Below, piece by piece: positions 58,553 to 64,000 of a DNA stretch of 64,000 nucleotides. Under the pieces are notes generated by a model. The model saw only the letters and a program-made list of their open reading frames with translations, searched no databases and had not been told where the DNA came from. The first letter of the stretch is position 1. Each line of letters begins with the position of its first letter. The DNA is from Candidatus Bathyarchaeota archaeon (GTDB lineage Archaea > Thermoproteota > Bathyarchaeia > 40CM-2-53-6): positions 128,001-192,000 of the forward strand of contig CAVTBR010000003.1 of the NCBI GenBank assembly GCA_963733055.1, given 5' to 3'. A program made the position numbers and the translations under genes.

Positions 58553-59584
58553 TCAGATTCCCCACGCTGAAAGGACTCCCGTGTTGAGGAGTATGACAGT
58601 TAAGAACACGTTAGCGATCGCAATAACTAGCAACCTCGTCCAGCCTATCTTGATCAGAAGATCAACTCGAAGCCGCGGATAAACTCCACGCGGTATGATG
58701 ATGAAGGTTGCAACGACCAACGTCTTCAATATGAACCAAATCGGTTGGGGCAGAAACGCAGGGCCCCACCACCCGCCCAAGAACAGGACGGTCACTAGAG
58801 AAGACATCAGGTACACTTTCATGTACAGCGCCAGAAAGATTACCATGAAGATTGCACCGCTTGATTCTGTGAACCACCCAGCCACAAGCTCAGGCTCGGC
58901 CTCGGGGAGGTCGAATGGTAACCTCTCAAGCTCCGCCATCGTTGCAATGAAGAAGACGACGAAGGAAAGGAAGGCCGGAATTATGAACCAGATCTTATGC
59001 TGAGCGGTGACGATATCGCTCAGATTTAGGGACCCAGCAAGCATCACAACGCTCAACGCAGAGATCCACATGGGGATCTCATACGCAACTTGCTGAAACA
59101 GCGAACGAAGTCCTCCCAAGAACGGGTATTTGCTATTGCTCGCCCAAGCGAAGATCAATATCATGCTCGGAAAGAGCGAAGTCATCGCGAAGACGAAGAC
59201 CAAACCAACATCCAAATTCGCGATCACCCAGTGCTGACCGAAGGGAATCACGGCAAAAGGCAACGCTCCCAAAAAGACGAGCATCAGGGGGATGCTGAGA
59301 AAGAGCGGTTTATCGGCCTTGTACGGAATCATGACTTCTTTGAAAATTAACTTAATGCCGTCGGCTATGGGTTGCAATATACCTCCAGGACCACCCGCGT
59401 ACAAAGGCCCGATTCGTAATTGTATTCTGGCCAGAAGCTTCCGTTCGTACCAGGTCAGAAACATGACGACGAGCATTAGATGTATGAACCCTGGGAAAAT
59501 CACTATCGTGATGAATGTGTGCGAGGTTATGACCGCGATAATGAAGGGGAGAATGTCGGCGGGAGTTGTCGGAAGGTTTACCAT
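58553..59584 (-). CDS. nuoH: NADH-quinone oxidoreductase subunit H
   Basis: ERK..AR.Q.R.GP, G.LQP.ADG.KL..KE, R.PFDLPEAE.ELV.G, PRLR.D. Confidence 0.95.
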   Translation of the reverse strand: MVNLPTTPADILPFIIAVITSHTFITIVIFPGFIHLMLVVMFLTWYERKLLARIQLRIGPLYAGGPGGILQPIADGIKLIFKEVMIPYKADKPLFLSIPLMLVFLGALPFAVIPFGQHWVIANLDVGLVFVFAMTSLFPSMILIFAWASNSKYPFLGGLRSLFQQVAYEIPMWISALSVVMLAGSLNLSDIVTAQHKIWFIIPAFLSFVVFFIATMAELERLPFDLPEAEPELVAGWFTESSGAIFMVIFLALYMKVYLMSSLVTVLFLGGWWGPAFLPQPIWFILKTLVVATFIIIPRGVYPRLRVDLLIKIGWTRLLVIAIANVFLTVILLNTGVLSAWGI

Positions 59585-59585
59585 A

Positions 59586-59948
59586 TTACCAATTCTCCCG
59601 ACGCAGAGCCATCTTCAACGCATAACCTAACGGGGCTCCTAAGAGCACTAGAAAGAGCACCACCAGCATAGAATCGTTGAAGGATATTCGAGTGAAGCTC
59701 ATTCCCCAAGCGAAGAGGAACATCCCAACCACGTCGAAAACCACGAACATAAGGAGGTAGGGGTAGTATTGCATTACGAGCCGCTTCCTAGCTTCCCCTT
59801 GCGGCACCTGACCGGATTCAAATGGCATATCCCGAAATGGATCCGGTTTTCGCCTAGACCAAAACATCGGTAACGTGAGAAGGGGTCCTGTGAGAATGAG
59901 TATGAGAACAGCCCAGATTGTGATCAGCAACCATGGGTTGAGAGCCAA
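59586..59948 (-). CDS. nuoA: NADH-quinone oxidoreductase subunit A
   Basis: PFESG..P.G, YY....F.VFDV...FLF.W. Confidence 0.92.
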   Translation of the reverse strand: MALNPWLLITIWAVLILILTGPLLTLPMFWSRRKPDPFRDMPFESGQVPQGEARKRLVMQYYPYLLMFVVFDVVGMFLFAWGMSFTRISFNDSMLVVLFLVLLGAPLGYALKMALRRENW

Positions 59949-60303
59949 GACCAGTCACTGTAATGGACTCAGACGAATCTCCGTGTGACTAAAATCAACC
60001 GAATATAAATCATGCGAATCAAAAGCACGTCCGCTAACGGGAGTTACCTGATCGTAGCTATTCTATTAAGCAGCAAGAAATATTAGCGCTCGTTGCAGAG
60101 CCTGAACAGGAAAGTCTGCAAGGTTCGGTTTAAGGCGAACGAATTTGGCTTGGCACTCTGCTGGAACAACTCATTTCTGGTGTGCAAAATGCAAGAAACA
60201 GGTCCCTGCCGAATCGGAACTCGTGTTCAAAGAGGGAAAGGTTCTTTGGAAATGGAAGTGTGGGACGTGCGGAACCGATTACGCAGACTGAAGCCTAGGG
60301 ATG

Positions 60304-61224
60304 TTAGAATCCTCGTTCCAATGAGTAGTCGGCAAAGTCTTCAAGAAGCTTGCTCTTGCTCGGATCCTGCAAACTCCTCAGCTCTGCCTTTGCCTTCTCC
60401 ACGTGCTCTCGGGATTTCTTCAGGGCAAACTGAAGGGCTTGCTCATAGAGTTCTGCAATCTGCGGCTTATCTGACTTCTCATGGTTTTCAAGAAGATTGC
60501 TGATGCGCTCCCTCTTTGTGGCTTCGTCGAGGTAGTGCATAACTACCAGATTCACACGCTCCTGCCTCACTGGATCCGCTGATTGATCCAGGATGTCATC
60601 CTTGATCTGAAACGCAATTCCCACGGCTCTGCCGTAATTGTAGAGGCAGTTTACGTCGTGGGCGTTAGCTCCGCCGAGGACCGCACCGATGCCAGCTGCG
60701 GCGCTAAAAAGAGAAGCCGTCTTCAAGTCTGCTATGTTCAAGTAATGTTCTATGTCGATCGCGAGTTCGGTTAAGGTATCCAATATCTCACCCTTGCTTA
60801 GATCCACTAGCCCCCAACCAACAAGTCTTGTTATCCTAGGATCCTTATACTCGGAAAGAATCTGAACCCCTTTTGAAGCCAAGAAAAGGCCCGCGCTGAT
60901 TGCCTTGTCGTCTGCAAACGCGTGCTGGGTGGTGGGCAGGCTTCGCCGCAAACGATGCTTATCGATTAGGTCGTCGAAGATCAAGGATGCCGCGTGTACA
61001 AATTCCATGGCGGCCGCCGCATCCAGAGCATGTTCTGACTTACCGCTAACACTCTCGCAGGCGAGGAGCACTAGGATTGGGCGGAGGCGTTTGCCGCCAG
61101 TTCTGAACGTGTATTTGACTAGCTCATTCGCTTCGCTCTGTTCAAAGCCGGTAGAGAGTAAATCGTCGATGCGCTTGTTGACCAACGCACGCTTCTCTTC
61201 GAGTAGTTTCTGGAATGAGCTCAT
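60304..61224 (-). CDS. Polyprenyl diphosphate synthase (GGPP synthase family)
   Basis: GGKRLRP, DDLID...RR, KTA.LF, FQI.DD.LD. Confidence 0.9.
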   Translation of the reverse strand: MSSFQKLLEEKRALVNKRIDDLLSTGFEQSEANELVKYTFRTGGKRLRPILVLLACESVSGKSEHALDAAAAMEFVHAASLIFDDLIDKHRLRRSLPTTQHAFADDKAISAGLFLASKGVQILSEYKDPRITRLVGWGLVDLSKGEILDTLTELAIDIEHYLNIADLKTASLFSAAAGIGAVLGGANAHDVNCLYNYGRAVGIAFQIKDDILDQSADPVRQERVNLVVMHYLDEATKRERISNLLENHEKSDKPQIAELYEQALQFALKKSREHVEKAKAELRSLQDPSKSKLLEDFADYSLERGF

Positions 61225-61299
61225 CAGTGGTCACTCGTCTATTTTCGTGCGGATGAAACGTTTCACCTGTTATAAATTGTATCTTAGGAGCATCACAAT

Positions 61300-61989
61300 C
61301 TAAGTAAACCTGCGTACGGCGTTACAAAAGTCCAAGAGTACTTCTTCTGGTTTGGGTGCCTTCACGACTCCGCTCGCGACGAGTATTCCATTTGTTCCAA
61401 GCTTCAGGGCGGAGTAGACATCCTCACCCGTACTGATGCCCGCTCCACATAGGATGGTTACCGTTGAGTTCACTCTGCGAATTCTCTTGACCGAGTCGGT
61501 TAATATTTCAGGGTTCTCTTTCGAAACGGCTCGTCCAGTGCCGATTAAGTCTGGAGGTTCGATCGCGACTGTATCTGGCTCCGATAAAGCAACCGCAGCA
61601 CCCAATCGTGCTGTCCCAGCACACACAACGGTCGTCAATCCTACTTCACGAGCATGTAGAACGGCCTTCTCGATTTCAGGAAGCTTCAAGTTTCTTTCAG
61701 AATGATTGATGAGTGTTCCGATAGCTCCTGCCGCACTGACGGATTCTGCCAGAACGTGACCGGTGAAGGCGCCTGGGGTAATTGCATCTATGTGTTGGGC
61801 GAATACGGGGATCTCCACGTGAGCTGCCACTTGTTCTATGTCACAGAATTGAGGTGCGACTCCGACTCTCACGCCTGTCTCTTTACTGACTTTATCCATC
61901 TTAAGCGCAAGTTCAACTGCTTTCTTCCCAGTCGCCTCGAGGTACGTCTTGAAGTTAATCAGCAAGAATGGTTCGGAATGAGACATCAT
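61300..61989 (-). CDS. tpiA: Triosephosphate isomerase (archaeal type)
   Basis: NFKTY, AQH, NHSE, EPP.LIG.G, GAGI, LVASG. Confidence 0.95.
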   Translation of the reverse strand: MMSHSEPFLLINFKTYLEATGKKAVELALKMDKVSKETGVRVGVAPQFCDIEQVAAHVEIPVFAQHIDAITPGAFTGHVLAESVSAAGAIGTLINHSERNLKLPEIEKAVLHAREVGLTTVVCAGTARLGAAVALSEPDTVAIEPPDLIGTGRAVSKENPEILTDSVKRIRRVNSTVTILCGAGISTGEDVYSALKLGTNGILVASGVVKAPKPEEVLLDFCNAVRRFT

Positions 61990-62011
61990 CTTTCCTCACA
62001 GTTTCTTTGAC

Positions 62012-63034
62012 TCATACAGAGAAATCTCTCGCCAAGGATATGGTTTCCTTATCGAGTTGTTTCGTCTTGCCTAATATTTCGGTTAACGGTACTTGCGCGA
62101 TTGTACTACCACGAAGGCAGACCATGAAACCAGATCCTCCGTCCCTTATCGCCTGGATCGCGGCGACAGCGAGTCGGGTGGCGAGTATGCGGTCGTAGGC
62201 AGAGGGCGCTCCTCCTCTAACTACATGTCCTAAGACCACTGCGCGCGATTCAATTCCTGTACGTTTCTCAATCTCTTTAGCTAGCAAGTCTCCAATCCCC
62301 CCTAGACGTGGGTGTCCAAATTCATCCACTTTTGTAGAATCGCCTGTCGGTACGTCTTTGAGGCTGCAGCCTTCGCCTACGACTACGACTGAGGCGTTTG
62401 CTCCAGATGCATGTCGTTTCTTGAGAAAGGTCGCGACTTCGTCTAGATCGAATGGTTCCTCAGGTACTAGTATGAGGTTCGCTGCACCAGCCACACCAGC
62501 GTAAGCCGCAATCCATCCAGCGTGCCGCCCCATCACCTCAACAACCATTATCCTATCGTGTGAAGATCCGGTTGTCTGAATCCTGTCAATCGCCTCGACC
62601 GTCACGTTCACCGCGGAATCGAATCCGAACGTCATATCAGTCCCCACGATATCGTTGTCAATTGTTTTCGGGATGCCCACCACCTTCAACCCCATTGCAG
62701 CGAACTTCGCAGCGACGCTTAGAGTGTCCTCCCCGCCGACAGCGACGAGGACGTCCATCCCAAGTTTCTTCACATTGGCAAGAACCGTTTCCGGTCCATC
62801 TTTTCTGCTGAAGGGGTTAGTCCTAGTTGTGTGGAGAATTGTTCCTCCAAGGTTGATCATATGAGAGACGTCGCTCCACTCTAGCGGAACGGTATCAATC
62901 TCTAAAAGGCCAGCCCATCCGTGCCGTATTCCGATCACATCGTATCCAAACTGCTCGCTCTTCCTTACCACAGCCCTCGTAACGGCGTTCAAGCCTGCGC
63001 AGTCTCCACCACCGTTCAATATTCCTAATTTCAT
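62012..63034 (-). CDS. pfkA: 6-phosphofructokinase, PfkA family
   Basis: GGD..GLN, GGT.L.T.R, GGEDT, PKTIDND, EVMGR.AG, LGH..RGG. Confidence 0.93.
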   Translation of the reverse strand: MKLGILNGGGDCAGLNAVTRAVVRKSEQFGYDVIGIRHGWAGLLEIDTVPLEWSDVSHMINLGGTILHTTRTNPFSRKDGPETVLANVKKLGMDVLVAVGGEDTLSVAAKFAAMGLKVVGIPKTIDNDIVGTDMTFGFDSAVNVTVEAIDRIQTTGSSHDRIMVVEVMGRHAGWIAAYAGVAGAANLILVPEEPFDLDEVATFLKKRHASGANASVVVVGEGCSLKDVPTGDSTKVDEFGHPRLGGIGDLLAKEIEKRTGIESRAVVLGHVVRGGAPSAYDRILATRLAVAAIQAIRDGGSGFMVCLRGSTIAQVPLTEILGKTKQLDKETISLARDFSV

Positions 63035-63143
63035 AGCCTAGTCTTCCCTGAATGCTAAGGTGTCGGATATTGTAATCCATGCAATTTGCAGTTTACTATT
63101 CGCTGGTTATCTGGTGTGAATCGATGGATTGGTATATGGCGAT

Positions 63144-64000
63144 CTACTTTACGGGTGGATTGGTCAGCGTTAATGATCGGGTAATGTCTTCTACGAGTGG
63201 CTTTGAACCTACGTAAAGGGCCGACCGTTGATGTGGACTCTTAGGCTGCACTTCAAGGATGGACTTTCCGGTCTCATCCACAGCAGCTCCGCCTGCCTCA
63301 GAGCAAATGAAAGCAACGACAGCTGTTTCGTACATCAGGCGAAGTTTGCCCTGGGGGCGGTTCTTTTTTGGATTTGGATGATTGACTATGGCAGGATACA
63401 TGAACATGCCACCATTCGAGATGGTGCGGTGGAAGTCCGGGGCTAAAGCTCCAATGTATCTGAAGGCGTACTTTGCCTCATTTTTCGCGATCCATTCCTG
63501 AACCGGTTTGGAGTAAGTGCCCCGGTTTGATGAGTTGAATGACAATTCCCAACCCGTTTTGTCTTCGGGTAGAACGATTCTGGTTGGCCTGACGAATTCC
63601 ATCGTCTCGTCGATATGGAAGCGCCAAGCGCCGGCGTCTTTGAGCGCGAGGGTGAAGGTACCTGTAGGGATTACGAACATACCGGCAGCAATGTAGTTTC
63701 TTCCGGCCCGTAGATGGTTGTCTTCGGGACCATCCAAGTTCTTTTTGGCAACGCCGAACATGAAACCAACAGGTAACCCGTGAGGGACGTTCGAGGAACC
63801 ATCCAGAGGGTCGAAATAGACGAAGTAGCGTCCGTCAGGATTCATCTGAACAATATCCTCTGATTCTTCGCTGATTGCATGAATCACGCGTCTCGATGCT
63901 CGTAGATGGTGGAGCGTAATCTCCTGGGCGATTTGATCCATACGGAGAACATCGTCGCCATGGACGTTCACGTTACCTGCTAATCCAACGTTCCCTTTCA
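63144..64000 (-). CDS. fbp: Class I fructose-1,6-bisphosphatase, start beyond window end
   Basis: N..GD....D, SEE, DPLDGSSN, RY.G....D.HR....GG.F.YP, GKLRL.YE. Confidence 0.9.
   Translation of the reverse strand, partial: KGNVGLAGNVNVHGDDVLRMDQIAQEITLHHLRASRRVIHAISEESEDIVQMNPDGRYFVYFDPLDGSSNVPHGLPVGFMFGVAKKNLDGPEDNHLRAGRNYIAAGMFVIPTGTFTLALKDAGAWRFHIDETMEFVRPTRIVLPEDKTGWELSFNSSNRGTYSKPVQEWIAKNEAKYAFRYIGALAPDFHRTISNGGMFMYPAIVNHPNPKKNRPQGKLRLMYETAVVAFICSEAGGAAVDETGKSILEVQPKSPHQRSALYVGSKPLVEDITRSLTLTNPPVK

Noticed and set aside
60093-60503. 136-aa ORF between nuoA and the prenyl synthase
   Set aside because: It overlaps the synthase antisense and lacks protein-like motifs.

Overview
Archaeal chromosomal segment of TACK type. 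The gene content (rpS26e, Alba, a cdvA/cdvB/cdvC ESCRT cluster, archaeal ThrRS/ProRS, GGR, PEF-type anchored proteins, multi-intron tRNA) suggests Bathyarchaeia or a relative; this is an inference. Most of the window is housekeeping and energy metabolism: aminoacyl-tRNA synthetases, OFOR, cell division, Rieske/cyt b/CuA/heme O synthase, a 2M-type complex I membrane arm, a partial A/V-ATPase, and pfkA/fbp/tpiA. The stand-out feature is a ~4.4 kb element integrated at tRNA-Arg(CCG) (29-bp direct repeats at 22467-22495 and 26824-26852). Its tyrosine integrase reading frame runs through the att core, as in split SSV-like integrases. Its cargo is laid out like a cassette array: single genes with their own candidate promoters are separated by five co-oriented hairpin sites of consensus (T)YGGGYC-loop-GRCCCAAY. 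Cargo comprises an HNH nuclease, a 26-aa unannotated peptide (second copy just outside attR), and three surface proteins with variable N-termini and a shared PIPEYP-TM-RRR anchor. Also seen: a tRNA-Cys with about three introns, and several single-base frameshifts, mostly in short homopolymers, that are probably assembly errors. All calls come from reading motifs by eye; no searches were run.
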